Part shown: positions 51,771-62,969 of the stretch, piece after piece
Layout: every line of letters starts with the position of its first letter
Numbering within the stretch: position 1 is the first letter of the stretch
Assembly (NCBI GenBank): GCA_050175015.1
Contig: JBFXJJ010000006.1
Location: forward strand, 32,001 to 96,000
Source: Alphaproteobacteria bacterium
GTDB lineage: Bacteria; Pseudomonadota; Alphaproteobacteria; JBFXJJ01
Direction of reading: 5' to 3'
DNA length: 64,000 nucleotides
The notes under the pieces: model-generated
Seen by the model: only the letters and a program-made list of their open reading frames with translations
The model's database searches: none
What the model was told of the DNA's origin: nothing
Position numbers and translations under genes: made by a program

Positions 51771-54700
51771 CTAAAGCTCTTCAACTTCAACTATGCCCTG
51801 TGTATTTCTAATTGAGCTAACTGTGCTTGGTTCAATAGCAAACCCGCCAGAAAGCTTAATTTCAACCTCACAATCCTTAAGCTTAACTTTAAGATAAATA
51901 TTATTTCTTCCTTTTTTATCTTGGGCAATAATATCCTTTAACTTGTCGATTACAATATCATCATCAAATGACACGACTAAGCCTTCTGCTAGATTGGCCG
52001 TAGCTTTTGATAACGATTGAACACTAAGAGCTGTCAGACGAATAGATTCATCTTCTTTTTTTTCAGCCGAAACCGTAATAAGAACAGGCTCGCCTTCATT
52101 AAGAAGCTCTCTTGATGCCGCTAGTGTTTCAGCAAAAAAGGTTACTTCAAAAACGCCTGTAGAATCTGAAAGTTCCACAAAAGCATAACGATTGCCGCTT
52201 TTGCTTATTTTTTGTTTAACCGCATTTACGCTGCCAGCTATCTTTATTTTAGATGAACTCGCCGATGCTACTTTGTTTTTTAAATCTACCGATTTTACAA
52301 CTCTTAACTTTTTTAACGACTTTTCAAAATCGTCTAATGGGTGAGCCGATAAATAAAAACCGATTGCCTCAGCTTCATTACGAAGCCTCTCAAGGGTTGT
52401 CCAGTGCGGCATTTTATCAAAAGTAATCTCTGGAGCTATATCTGATGTTTGAAACAACACATTTTGTGTGCTTGCCTTTTCCTCAAAAGCGGCTTGGGCG
52501 TGCTGCATTATTTTTCCAGCATTACCAAAAACAAGATTGCGATTTTTTTCCAAATCATCAAAAGCACCTGCTTTTGCTAAATTCTCAAGTTGTCTCTTAT
52601 TTAAGTGTTCCGGTTTTACTCTTCTAGCAAAATCGGTAAGAGATTTAAATGTTTTCTTGCCTCTTGTTTCCACAATTTCTTCCATAGCCGCACGGCTAAC
52701 ATTTTTTACTGCGGCAAGAGAATATCTTAAACTTCCATTTTCAACCGAAAACATAGCCTGAGACTTATTAATACTAGGCGGGAGTATCTCTACTCCCATT
52801 TTCTTAATTTCTTCTTTAAAGAACCTAAGTTTGTCCGTGTTGTTAAGTTCTAAATTCATAGTTGCTGCCATAAATTCGACAGGGTGATGAGCTTTCATAT
52901 AAGCTGTTTGATATGCGATAACGGCATAAGCCGCAGCGTGTGATTTATTAAAACCATAATCGGCGAATTTTGCCATAAGATCAAAAATATGGCTTGCCTG
53001 TCCCTCATCAACGCCACGTTCCTTAGCACCAGATAAGAAAATTTGCCGCTGGTTATCCATCTCTTCTTTTTTCTTTTTGCCCATAGCTCTTCGTAAGATA
53101 TCTGCTCCACCTAAAGTATAGCCTCCTAAAATCTGGGCAATTTGCATAACCTGTTCTTGATATATCATAATACCATAGGTTTCTTTTAGAACTGGTTCTA
53201 AAGAAGGGTGCAAATAATCTGGCTTTTCTAATCCGTGCTTACGAGCAATATAACTAGGGATATTGTCCATAGGACCTGGACGATACAAGGACACAATAGC
53301 GGTGATTTCTTCTATGCTGTCTGGCTGTAATTTTTTCAAAGTATCGCGCATACCAGAACTTTCAAGCTGGAAAACACCTGCCGTATCGGCTTTATGCAAA
53401 AGTTCATAGGTTTCCTTATCATCTATCGGAATAGATGATAAATCAATTTCCAGTCCCTTTGTCTGCTTCACAATATCAACCGCTTGAGCCAATACCGTTA
53501 AAGTTTTTAACCCCAAAAAGTCAAATTTGATAAGTCCTGCTTTTTCAATCCATTTCATATCAAATTGCGTAACAGGCATATCACTTTCTGAATCAGGTTC
53601 GATATAAAGAGGTATCAACTCATCAAGAGGTCTATCACCAATAACCACACCTGCTGCATGGGTCGAGGCATGGCGGTAAAGCCCCTCAAGCTTAATACCA
53701 ATATCAAGCATTTTGGCAACAGCGGCATCATCTTCACGCATTTTTTGAAGTTCTGGTTCTGCGGCAATGGCATCGGTTAACGTTATTTGCTTTCCAGGAG
53801 CATTTGGTATCATTTTACAAATACGATCAACTTGACCGTAAGGCATTTGCAGAACTCTTCCAACATCACGTAAAACCGCTCTTGCTTGAAGCTTTCCGAA
53901 AGTAATAATCTGTGCAACTCGCTCTTTTCCATATTTTTGCTGCACATATTCTATAACTTTGCCACGTTTATCCTGGCAAAAGTCAACGTCAAAGTCAGGC
54001 ATTGAAATACGTTCAGGATTAAGAAAACGCTCAAAAAGCAAACCAAATTTTGTGGGATCTAAATCCGTAATAAGAATAGACCAAGCAACTAAAGAACCAG
54101 CACCGGAACCACGCCCAGGCCCCACAGGAACGTTATGAGCCTTAGCCCAGCTTATAAAATCAGAAACAATTAGAAAATAACCAGCAAAGCCCATTTTCTC
54201 AATAACTTCTAATTCGTGTTCCATTCTTTTGTAGTAAGTTTGGGCTATTTTATCACGATCATCGCCCTTCATACTGTCGTTAAAGACATATTTTTTTAGA
54301 CGTTCCTCAAGACCTTGCTTAGCCTTTTCTCTAAGCATTTTTTTCTCGCCCTCTGCTCCTCCAGAAGTAAATGGCGGCAATATTGGCGGAATAGCTTCAA
54401 CCATTAACGCGCATCTCTTGGCTATGGAAACTGTATTTTCAATAGCCTCTGGAATGTCAGAAAACAGTTCTTTCATCTCCTCAGGGCTTTTGAGATAATG
54501 CTCAGGAGTTAATCTGCGCCTATCTGCTTGATCAACAAAACTTCTATCTTGAATACAAATCAGAGCATCGTGAGCTTCAAACATATTTTTATCTAAGAAA
54601 TATGCTTGATTGGTTGCGACCAAAGGTATGTCAAATTTATACGCCAAATCAATGAGCTTAGGTTCAACAAAATCTTCTTCTTTTAAACCGTGCCTCATTA

Positions 54701-55211
54701 GTTCTATATAAAAACGGTTTTCAAAAATTGAGGACAGTCTCTTAGCATTTTCTTCTGCTTCCGCATTGTTTTCTTCCAGCAAAAAGCGCCCTACTGCTCC
54801 TTCAATGCCGCCCGAAAGAGCTATTAATCCTTTATTATGATGTTCTAAAAGTTCTAAACTTACTTGAGGTTTCTGATGCTCTGGACTACTTAAGTGAGAT
54901 GCACTAACCAGTTTTAGCAGATTGCGATACCCTTGGTCATTTTGCGACAGTAATACTAAAGCGTCAGGTTCTAATATTTTGCCGTTTTTACTTTCTCTAG
55001 AGATATTAAGATGACAACCGATAATTGGCTGAATTCCACTGCCCGCACAATAAGAAGAAAATTCCATAGCTCCAAACAGATTGCTTTTATCGGTCATAGC
55101 GACTGCTGGAGTTTCAAAACTTTGGCATTTTTTTACTAATGCTCCAACTTTTATGGCACTTTCTAAAAGTGAAAATGCAGTATGAATATGGAGATGAATA
55201 AAATCAGGCAT
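51771..55211 (-). CDS. dnaE: DNA polymerase III alpha subunit
   Basis: HLHIHT PHP domain, GPGRGSGAGS, MPDFDVDF, YGFNKSHAAAY. Confidence 0.99.
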   Translation of the reverse strand: MPDFIHLHIHTAFSLLESAIKVGALVKKCQSFETPAVAMTDKSNLFGAMEFSSYCAGSGIQPIIGCHLNISRESKNGKILEPDALVLLSQNDQGYRNLLKLVSASHLSSPEHQKPQVSLELLEHHNKGLIALSGGIEGAVGRFLLEENNAEAEENAKRLSSIFENRFYIELMRHGLKEEDFVEPKLIDLAYKFDIPLVATNQAYFLDKNMFEAHDALICIQDRSFVDQADRRRLTPEHYLKSPEEMKELFSDIPEAIENTVSIAKRCALMVEAIPPILPPFTSGGAEGEKKMLREKAKQGLEERLKKYVFNDSMKGDDRDKIAQTYYKRMEHELEVIEKMGFAGYFLIVSDFISWAKAHNVPVGPGRGSGAGSLVAWSILITDLDPTKFGLLFERFLNPERISMPDFDVDFCQDKRGKVIEYVQQKYGKERVAQIITFGKLQARAVLRDVGRVLQMPYGQVDRICKMIPNAPGKQITLTDAIAAEPELQKMREDDAAVAKMLDIGIKLEGLYRHASTHAAGVVIGDRPLDELIPLYIEPDSESDMPVTQFDMKWIEKAGLIKFDFLGLKTLTVLAQAVDIVKQTKGLEIDLSSIPIDDKETYELLHKADTAGVFQLESSGMRDTLKKLQPDSIEEITAIVSLYRPGPMDNIPSYIARKHGLEKPDYLHPSLEPVLKETYGIMIYQEQVMQIAQILGGYTLGGADILRRAMGKKKKEEMDNQRQIFLSGAKERGVDEGQASHIFDLMAKFADYGFNKSHAAAYAVIAYQTAYMKAHHPVEFMAATMNLELNNTDKLRFFKEEIKKMGVEILPPSINKSQAMFSVENGSLRYSLAAVKNVSRAAMEEIVETRGKKTFKSLTDFARRVKPEHLNKRQLENLAKAGAFDDLEKNRNLVFGNAGKIMQHAQAAFEEKASTQNVLFQTSDIAPEITFDKMPHWTTLERLRNEAEAIGFYLSAHPLDDFEKSLKKLRVVKSVDLKNKVASASSSKIKIAGSVNAVKQKISKSGNRYAFVELSDSTGVFEVTFFAETLAASRELLNEGEPVLITVSAEKKEDESIRLTALSVQSLSKATANLAEGLVVSFDDDIVIDKLKDIIAQDKKGRNNIYLKVKLKDCEVEIKLSGGFAIEPSTVSSIRNTQGIVEVEEL

Positions 55212-55241
55212 AATTAAAGGAGGCCTCTTTATAATTTAACT

Positions 55242-55997
55242 TTAGGTTCTTCTTGAAACAAAATAATTATCGATTTCAATTAACTTACCGTCTCTTAACG
55301 CAACTTTGCGGTCCATACGTCCTGCTAAATCAGGATTATGTGTTGCAATGATAGCCGCTAGCCCTGTTGTTTTTACGATTGCTATCAGCTCTTCAAAAAC
55401 GACATTGGAAGTTGCAGGATCTAAGTTGCCTGTCGGCTCATCGGCTAAAAGAAGCTTAGGGCTATTAGCTAAAGCTCTAGCAATTGCAACCCTTTGCTGC
55501 TCACCTCCAGATAGTTCAGAAGGCCTATGCGATGCTCTTTCCGCGATTTTAAGCTTAGTTAAGAGTTCCAAAGCATAATCTTTTGCATCTTTATACTTTT
55601 TGCCATCAACCATTTGCGGAAGCATAACATTTTCTAATGCCGTAAATTCAGGAAGCAAATTGTGATTTTGATAAACAAAACCCAAATAATTACGCCTTAT
55701 AACTGTACGCTGCCTCTCACTTAAATCCGAGCAGAAATTGCCAGCAATAACAACATTTCCACCATCATTTTTTTCTAAAAGTCCGGCAATATGAAGCAGT
55801 GTTGATTTGCCTGCACCTGAAGGACCTATTAAAGCAACAACTTCACCTTCATTAACGGTTAAATCAATTCCTTGAAGAACTTTAAGTGTTTCTTGTCCTT
55901 GCTTAAAGCTTCTCGTAACCTTTGATAACATTATCGTTGGTTTTTTTTCATTTTTTTCTGGCATAATCTGAGGTTCTTTTTTTTCAAAATCATTCAT
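55242..55997 (-). CDS. lolD: Lipoprotein-releasing ABC ATPase LolD
   Basis: [27 protein letters not shown]; follows lolE. Confidence 0.92.
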   Translation of the reverse strand: MNDFEKKEPQIMPEKNEKKPTIMLSKVTRSFKQGQETLKVLQGIDLTVNEGEVVALIGPSGAGKSTLLHIAGLLEKNDGGNVVIAGNFCSDLSERQRTVIRRNYLGFVYQNHNLLPEFTALENVMLPQMVDGKKYKDAKDYALELLTKLKIAERASHRPSELSGGEQQRVAIARALANSPKLLLADEPTGNLDPATSNVVFEELIAIVKTTGLAAIIATHNPDLAGRMDRKVALRDGKLIEIDNYFVSRRT

Positions 55998-57237
55998 AAC
56001 GAAGAGCCTCCACTGGGTCTAGTTCAGATGCTCTCCAAGAAGGATATAACGTTGCTAGAAAAGACAGCACAAAAGACATAACAGCAACGGAGAAAACCTC
56101 AATAGGATCCACAACAGCAGGAAGCGTTGATAAAAAGTATATTTCGGCTGAAAACAGATCCGAACCAGTTATATGCTGTAAAAACTGTCTGATATTTTCA
56201 ATATTATCGCAGAAAAGCAAGCCTAACGCGATACCACTTAATGTTCCGACGATGCCAATAAACGATCCGCTTATAAAAAATATACGCATAATCATAGACT
56301 TGCTTGCCCCAATAGTTCTAAGAACGGCAATGTCTTTTCCCTTATCCTGTACCAGCATAATTAAACCCGAAATAATATTAAAGGCCGCAACCAAAATAAT
56401 AAGAGTTAAAATAAGAAACATAACATTACGTTCAACCTTAATAGCGTTGAAAAAAGCAGAATTAGCCTGCTGCCAATCATGTATCACTGCCTGCCTTCCT
56501 ACTATTGGAACCACAGAATCTCTAACACTATCAACCAAATTTGGGCTCGTTGTATAAATTTCTAAATTTGATACCCCTTTACCTGTTGCAAAATATAGAC
56601 TTGCCGTATCAAGAGGCATAAAAACAAAGTTAGAATCGTATTCAAACATTCCAACATTGAATGTAGCATCAACAACAAAACTCTTCATACGGGGAATAGT
56701 TCCAAAAGCTGTAATCGTCCCTTGAGGCGAAATCAAGGTAACTTCATCGCCAATGCGAACACCCATCTTTTCAGCCAGACGATAACCCATAATTATATGA
56801 TTGCCTCTAAAGCCATCTAACGTCCCGCTGTGAATATTATCAGCTATAATATCCCGAGCCTTTAGGTCTGCTTCTTTCATACCTCTAACGATTGCACCTT
56901 GAGCATTACCTGTAGAGGTAATCATAACCTGCCCTTCAATAACAGGATATACCGCTTCAACTTCAGGAATAATTCTGATTCTCTCGGCCATAAAGTCATA
57001 GTCTTCTAAAAATTCACTGCCGACAGCGTAAATTCCCAAATGACCATTTAAGCCTAAAATTCTTGAAAGCAGCTCCTGCCTGAAACCATTCATAACCGAC
57101 ATTACAATAATTAATGTCGCAACTCCTAAGCATATTCCCAAAAGAGAAAACCCTGTAATTACGGACACAAAGCCTTCTTTCCTTTTAGAACGCAGATAGC
57201 GCCAAGCAACCATTCTTTCAAAGGCAGAAAAAATCAT
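55990..57237 (-). CDS. lolE: Lipoprotein-releasing ABC permease LolC/E
   Basis: [37 protein letters not shown]. Confidence 0.93.
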   Translation of the reverse strand: MIFSAFERMVAWRYLRSKRKEGFVSVITGFSLLGICLGVATLIIVMSVMNGFRQELLSRILGLNGHLGIYAVGSEFLEDYDFMAERIRIIPEVEAVYPVIEGQVMITSTGNAQGAIVRGMKEADLKARDIIADNIHSGTLDGFRGNHIIMGYRLAEKMGVRIGDEVTLISPQGTITAFGTIPRMKSFVVDATFNVGMFEYDSNFVFMPLDTASLYFATGKGVSNLEIYTTSPNLVDSVRDSVVPIVGRQAVIHDWQQANSAFFNAIKVERNVMFLILTLIILVAAFNIISGLIMLVQDKGKDIAVLRTIGASKSMIMRIFFISGSFIGIVGTLSGIALGLLFCDNIENIRQFLQHITGSDLFSAEIYFLSTLPAVVDPIEVFSVAVMSFVLSFLATLYPSWRASELDPVEALRYE

Positions 57238-57248
57238 ATTATAAATTC

Positions 57249-58562
57249 CTATTTAGTTAAGATATTGAAAGCTTCGTCTATCGTTACTTCCTGCTTTTCT
57301 CCAGTTCTGCGATTCTTAATTTCAACCTTGCCACGTTCTATTCCTTTAGGACCAACAACTAACTGATAAGGCAAGCCTATTAAATCCATATCATTAAATT
57401 TAACACCTGCTCTTTCATCTCGGTCATCATAAAGAACTTCAACTCCAGCATTTAGCATTTTTTCATAAAAATCTTCACATACTTTATCTGTTTTAGCATC
57501 ACCTGATTTTAAATTGATAATACCAACCTTAAAAGGAGCAACAGCTTCAGGCCATATAATGCCGGCATCATCGTGAGATGCTTCAATGATAGCACCAATA
57601 AGACGAGAAACACCGATACCATAACACCCCATTTCAGGTATTAAATATTTGCCATCAGAACCAAGAATTTCAACATTCAATGCTTTTGAATATTTCTTGC
57701 CAAGATAGAAGACCTGTCCAACCTCAATACCCCTCGCGGTGATAATATCATCTTTAATATCAGCAATATCTTCATCTTTATACATATCTTCTGTGGCAGC
57801 ATAAAGAGAGGTCCACTTATTGAAAACATCATCAAGGTTGCCTTGATAATCAATCTTTTCATCAGGGACTTCCATTTCTAAATAGTCTTTATGGCAATAA
57901 ACTTGGCTCTCTCCTGTTTCTGCCAGAACAATAAATTCATGAGAAAGATTTCCTCCAATAGGACCAGTATCGGCTCTCATAGGTATCGTTTTAAGCCCCA
58001 TACGGTCAAATGTTCTTAGATATGCGGCAAACATTCTCTTGTAGCTTTTGGTTGCATTTTCATAGTCAACATCGAAAGAATAAGCATCTTTCATTAAGAA
58101 TTCACGACCACGCATAACTCCAAAACGAGGTCTTACTTCATCTCTAAATTTCCACTGAATGTTATAAAGCGTAACAGGCAAACTTTTGTAACTTTTCACA
58201 TAAGTTCTAACAATATCTGTAACAACTTCTTCTGCGGTTGGCCCATAAAGTAAATCACGGCCTCTGCGATCTTTGATTCTAAGAAGTTCGGGACCATAAG
58301 CATCACTGCGTCCGCTTTCAATCCATAAATCTGCCGGCTGAAGTGTCGGCATTAAAATTTCCTGCGCTCCAGCTTTATCTTGTTCTTCTCTTACAATCTG
58401 CTGAATTTTGCGAAGAACTTTCTGTCCCATAGGAAGCCAGTTATAAACACCAGCACTAGATTGTTTAATCATACCAGCACGAAGCATAAGACGATGAGAA
58501 ACGATTTCTGCTTCTGATGGAGTTTCTTTCATTGTTGGTAAAAAATATTGAGATAAACGCAT
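57249..58562 (-). CDS. proS: Proline--tRNA ligase (short alphaproteobacterial type)
   Basis: [44 protein letters not shown]. Confidence 0.98.
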   Translation of the reverse strand: MRLSQYFLPTMKETPSEAEIVSHRLMLRAGMIKQSSAGVYNWLPMGQKVLRKIQQIVREEQDKAGAQEILMPTLQPADLWIESGRSDAYGPELLRIKDRRGRDLLYGPTAEEVVTDIVRTYVKSYKSLPVTLYNIQWKFRDEVRPRFGVMRGREFLMKDAYSFDVDYENATKSYKRMFAAYLRTFDRMGLKTIPMRADTGPIGGNLSHEFIVLAETGESQVYCHKDYLEMEVPDEKIDYQGNLDDVFNKWTSLYAATEDMYKDEDIADIKDDIITARGIEVGQVFYLGKKYSKALNVEILGSDGKYLIPEMGCYGIGVSRLIGAIIEASHDDAGIIWPEAVAPFKVGIINLKSGDAKTDKVCEDFYEKMLNAGVEVLYDDRDERAGVKFNDMDLIGLPYQLVVGPKGIERGKVEIKNRRTGEKQEVTIDEAFNILTK

Positions 58563-58579
58563 AACTAACACCATAAAAA

Positions 58580-59083
58580 TTATTTATTATTCTTTTTATT
58601 TAGGTCAGAGCAGGCTTTAATCACCATATCTCTAGCCTTTTCATCTAGAACTTCATTATTAAACATAAATTTGCCGTCCTTGAGCGATATTTGCCCAAGC
58701 TTAAAATCTTTTGCTTCAACCCCTTTTGCTTCTATATTCTGCCAAGCAATAGGATCAAATGAAAAGGATATTTCACTTTGCCCCGCAAAAATACTTTCTC
58801 TCTGCCCGCTGTCTGCGGAAACAACGTTCCTGCCATAGACATCAATATTAGGAACATAGTCAGCGCTGGCGGGTTTAACTTTAGAATCAACATCTTTTTC
58901 AAATTCTGACTTTAATTCTGCCATAAACTTTTTGCAATCATCTTCATTCACAACCAGAACAGTTTTTTCTAAAACCGCCTGCTTCCCATCTTCTATCATC
59001 TTTGATATAGAGCTGTCCTGAGCTAAAACTATTTGACTATTAGTAAGGATTATTACGGAAAGTAATAAACACCACAATTTCAT
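58580..59083 (-). CDS. Hypothetical exported protein
   Basis: Signal peptide; [18 protein letters not shown] motif. Confidence 0.6.
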   Translation of the reverse strand: MKLWCLLLSVIILTNSQIVLAQDSSISKMIEDGKQAVLEKTVLVVNEDDCKKFMAELKSEFEKDVDSKVKPASADYVPNIDVYGRNVVSADSGQRESIFAGQSEISFSFDPIAWQNIEAKGVEAKDFKLGQISLKDGKFMFNNEVLDEKARDMVIKACSDLNKKNNK

Positions 59084-59087
59084 AACA

Positions 59088-60743
59088 TCAAATCCTTATA
59101 ACGTGAACATTAATTAACGGTTTTTTTCCGCAAATAGCCGTAAAAGAATGCCTTACTGCCAGCCTTAAAGTTTCTGATACTTTGCCATCATCGAGCTTGT
59201 CTTCTTTTAGCATTTTAGCTAAAGATTTTTGGGCATCTCCTATTATTTTCTGTAAAATATCGGGACTTTCAATATCCTCCAGTAAATCTGGAGCTGAAAT
59301 TTGGATATTGCCTTTAACGTTGCCTTTTTTATCAATGGCAACAGATACTACAGCCGAAGAATTCCACATAATTTTGCGCCGCATCTTGATAAGATTAGAA
59401 TCTAAAGAAACCAAACGATTGCCATCTAAAACTAAAATCCCGACATCAAACTCGTCAATCACGCTGGCATCATCGTCTTCAAATTTGATAACCTGACCAT
59501 TGTTAACCCTTAAAGCTTTATCAACACCAAGACTTAAGGCAAGTTTTTCATGTTCAATTAAATGTATGGGCTCACCATGTATTGGAATTGCGATTTTAGG
59601 TTTTAGAAAGCCATACATTTTCCTTATTTCTTCTTTGGGAGGATGTCCTGAAACGTGAACAAGCTCATCTTTGCCTGTGATAATTTCTATTTTCTTTTCT
59701 GCTAAAATATTTTGGAGTTTCAAAATAGATTTTTCATTGCCAGGAATAACCCTTGAAGAGAAAATTACGACATCACCTTCGTCGAGATAAATATGCTTAT
59801 GATTATCTGACGCTATCCTTAACAAAGCCGAACCCGTTTCACCCTGACTGCCTGTACAGATATATAAAATTTCATTCTCAGGCAAAAAACCTGCTTCGCT
59901 TTCCGTTAAAAAATTAACCCCGTCTAAATAACCAACAGCTTTAGCGGCATCTTCAACTTTCCATAAAGACCGCCCAACCAGACAAACTTGGCGTCCGTTG
60001 GCTTTAGCTGCCCAAGCTATGCTCTCTATTCGAGCAACGTTTGAAGAGAAACACGCAACAGCTATTCTCTTTTTAAATTTTGAAAAAAGTGTAACTAGGC
60101 TGTTTCTTACTTCTGATTCTGATTTTGATTTGCCCTCAACTAAAACATTGGTAGAATCGCAAACAAAAGCTAAAACGCCTTCTTTGCCTACAGATTTAAG
60201 CGTTTTATAATCACTCTCTTCCCCAATCAAAGGATCTGTATCAAATTTCCAATCACCGCTATGAACAATATTGCCGTAAGGCGTTTTGATAAACAACGCA
60301 TTTGCCTCTGGAATAGAATGCGTTACAGAAATAAACCTTATTTCAAAAGGTCCTAAATTGATGGTACTGTTTAACGGCAGAACATCAACATCTACTCTTC
60401 CTAAAAGCCCCGTTTCGTCAAGTCTTGGTTCCAGCATTTCGGCGGCAAACGGTGTTGCATAAACCGGAAATTTTATCTTTGACCATAAATGAGCAATAGC
60501 TCCAATATGATCTTCATGAGCATGGGTAACAACTACACCTAAAAAATCTTTTCTGCGTTCTTCAATAAAAGTAGGATCGACCATCATAATATCTATGCCA
60601 GGAAAATCATCTCCCGCAAAGCCTATCCCCATATCAACGGCTATCCATTTATTGTCACAGCCGTATAGATATAAGTTCATACCAATTTCGCCAACTCCAC
60701 CCAAGGGAATAAAATAAAGTCCTTTATCGTATTTTTTATCCAT
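59088..60743 (-). CDS. rnj: Ribonuclease J
   Basis: PLGGVGEIGMN, THAHEDHIGA, HSIPE, GSQGE, HVSGH, HGE. Confidence 0.97.
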   Translation of the reverse strand: MDKKYDKGLYFIPLGGVGEIGMNLYLYGCDNKWIAVDMGIGFAGDDFPGIDIMMVDPTFIEERRKDFLGVVVTHAHEDHIGAIAHLWSKIKFPVYATPFAAEMLEPRLDETGLLGRVDVDVLPLNSTINLGPFEIRFISVTHSIPEANALFIKTPYGNIVHSGDWKFDTDPLIGEESDYKTLKSVGKEGVLAFVCDSTNVLVEGKSKSESEVRNSLVTLFSKFKKRIAVACFSSNVARIESIAWAAKANGRQVCLVGRSLWKVEDAAKAVGYLDGVNFLTESEAGFLPENEILYICTGSQGETGSALLRIASDNHKHIYLDEGDVVIFSSRVIPGNEKSILKLQNILAEKKIEIITGKDELVHVSGHPPKEEIRKMYGFLKPKIAIPIHGEPIHLIEHEKLALSLGVDKALRVNNGQVIKFEDDDASVIDEFDVGILVLDGNRLVSLDSNLIKMRRKIMWNSSAVVSVAIDKKGNVKGNIQISAPDLLEDIESPDILQKIIGDAQKSLAKMLKEDKLDDGKVSETLRLAVRHSFTAICGKKPLINVHVIRI

Positions 60744-60762
60744 ATTATTTTTCTCTTCTTTT

Positions 60763-61551
60763 TTAGTCTTTATTAAAGAAAACTTCTCCTGAGTTTATTC
60801 TTTGTCTCTGTCCATATTCATTAATAAATAAAATTGCTCCATCTTGATCTATATCTTCAAATTTTCCCTTTAGGGTTTCTTTTGGCAGTCTAATTACAAT
60901 ATCTTGACCTAAACCATAGGCATTTTCTAGCCAATCTTGTCTTATACCACTAAATCCCTCAATTTTCCAAAAATTAAACATCTCCAAAAATTTTTCTAAA
61001 AAAAGTTCTAGCAGCTTCTCATTTTCAATACTTATACCACAATCAGATAAAGATGTTGCTTTAATAGCACCGTCAACATCATCTGGGTGATTTTTGTTAT
61101 TAACACCCATTCCGATAATAACAAAATCATTTAAGCTCGTACCTGTTGTTTCTATTAATATGCCTGACACTTTGCAATAATCAGATGTTATTACGTCATT
61201 TGGCCATTTACATAAGAACTTTGATTTACCTGTTAACTCGTTAAGGACTTTTGTTAAAGCTAAAGATACAACAAAACTTAATTGCCCCATAACAAAAGCT
61301 TCAGAACTGAATTTTAATATCATTGAAAGATATAAATTTCCTTGGGGACTATGCCATAAACGTCCTCTTCGCCCTTTGCCGCTTTTTTGAATTTTTGAGA
61401 CGACAATCGTTCCCTCTGGTGCGCCATTTGCTGCTAAATCCCTAGCATAATCATTAGTGCTACCAACTTCATCTAATCTAATTATATTCCAAAAAACGCT
61501 GTTTTTATCCAAAGGATGCCACCTAAAACAAAACAGTTCCTTAATAAACAA
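60763..61551 (-). CDS. birA: Biotin--protein ligase (no HTH domain)
   Basis: GSTND, Q..GKGRRGR.W.SP, KWPND, KVSGILIE; start uncertain. Confidence 0.95.
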   Translation of the reverse strand: MFIKELFCFRWHPLDKNSVFWNIIRLDEVGSTNDYARDLAANGAPEGTIVVSKIQKSGKGRRGRLWHSPQGNLYLSMILKFSSEAFVMGQLSFVVSLALTKVLNELTGKSKFLCKWPNDVITSDYCKVSGILIETTGTSLNDFVIIGMGVNNKNHPDDVDGAIKATSLSDCGISIENEKLLELFLEKFLEMFNFWKIEGFSGIRQDWLENAYGLGQDIVIRLPKETLKGKFEDIDQDGAILFINEYGQRQRINSGEVFFNKD

Positions 61552-61554
61552 CCA

Positions 61555-62964
61555 CTAATTGGGCAATAAAAATGGATACGCACAAACAAGCAGCATTACA
61601 AAAAAACTACAAATCATAACAATACTATTATATAACCCTATATTATCAAATTTTTCATCTGTTTTTTTAAAATAAACAACATCTATAATTCTGATAAAGC
61701 TTAGCAGCATTAAAACAAGGGAAATAACTACACATACAATTAGCCAGTATATTTTGGTTTTCAATAATATCATTAGCAGATGAAAAATACCGTAAAAGCC
61801 AGCTAAAGCTGGAACGCCCGATAAAGACATCATAAAACAAACAAGGACAATAGCCCCAAACGGATGAGAAGAAGCAAAACCTTTAACATCTGCAATATTT
61901 TCAATTAGATTTCCATTTTTTCTTAAGGATAAAACAATTGAGAAAATACCAACGATGCTAATACTGTAAGATGTTACAAGAAATACTACAGCAGACAAAT
62001 CATTTTCTTTGATGCCGATGAATGATGCCCATATATAACCACTATAAACCATAGAACAATATGCCATCATTCTTTTTATGTTTGTTTGAGAAATCATAGC
62101 TATGGAACCTAGAAGCATTGACGCCGCAGCAAAAAACATTAATACAGGCATAAGCTGCGGCCATAAAGGCAAAAAGACATCTTTGATTAAACGAAGCAAC
62201 ACGACAAAATAGGCGATCTTCGGTGTTGACAATAAAAATGATGTTACTGGTGTTGGAGCGCCTTCCGCAATATTAATACTGCCAAAGTTGAACATCGCCA
62301 TATCACATTTAAATAATAAACTGGCAATAACCATAAAAAAACCAGCCATAAGCAAGGCATTGTTTCCGTTCTTTGAAACATACTCCGATACGATTTTAAA
62401 CCCCATACCACCTGTTGTTCCATAAATAAAAGAAACACCGTACAAATAAAATATTGCAACCACTAAACCTATGGCTAAAAATCTTGTTCCCATAATTGTT
62501 GAACGAGTTGCCCTTCTTTTAAAGGCAACCATCAAATACATCGGAAGCATAGAAAGCTCTAACCCCAAATAAAGGGTTATAAATCCTTTTGCAGAGATTG
62601 CTATCATCATTCCAGCTATCGAGAAAATTAAGAAAAAAGGATATTCATAACGCTTAAATTTTTTCAAAATAAGCCATTCATTGGCTAAGAAAATATTAGC
62701 CAAACCACAAAATAGAATTAATATCTTAAAATAAAGTGTTAGCTTATCATTAACTAAAAATGCCTCTAAATTATAATTAGACATATTGAAAAGAGAGAAT
62801 GTTAGAAATAAAGCACCCAATATAATGACTATTGATGATTTTAGAGCCGTATGATGAGAAATTCCGTGCCTAAATGCCCCCAAAACCAACATCACTACAG
62901 GAGCCATCAACAACAAAATTTCAGTTGTTACAAAACCAAATATATTATGAATTAAACTTATCAT
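61555..62964 (-). CDS. nuoN: NADH-quinone oxidoreductase subunit N (divergent)
   Basis: LYLGLEL, YGTTG, EGAPTPVT, NIKRMMAY, SLSGVP..AGF; nuoN-birA-rnj synteny. Confidence 0.85.
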   Translation of the reverse strand: MISLIHNIFGFVTTEILLLMAPVVMLVLGAFRHGISHHTALKSSIVIILGALFLTFSLFNMSNYNLEAFLVNDKLTLYFKILILFCGLANIFLANEWLILKKFKRYEYPFFLIFSIAGMMIAISAKGFITLYLGLELSMLPMYLMVAFKRRATRSTIMGTRFLAIGLVVAIFYLYGVSFIYGTTGGMGFKIVSEYVSKNGNNALLMAGFFMVIASLLFKCDMAMFNFGSINIAEGAPTPVTSFLLSTPKIAYFVVLLRLIKDVFLPLWPQLMPVLMFFAAASMLLGSIAMISQTNIKRMMAYCSMVYSGYIWASFIGIKENDLSAVVFLVTSYSISIVGIFSIVLSLRKNGNLIENIADVKGFASSHPFGAIVLVCFMMSLSGVPALAGFYGIFHLLMILLKTKIYWLIVCVVISLVLMLLSFIRIIDVVYFKKTDEKFDNIGLYNSIVMICSFFVMLLVCAYPFLLPN

Positions 62965-62969
62965 AAGCT

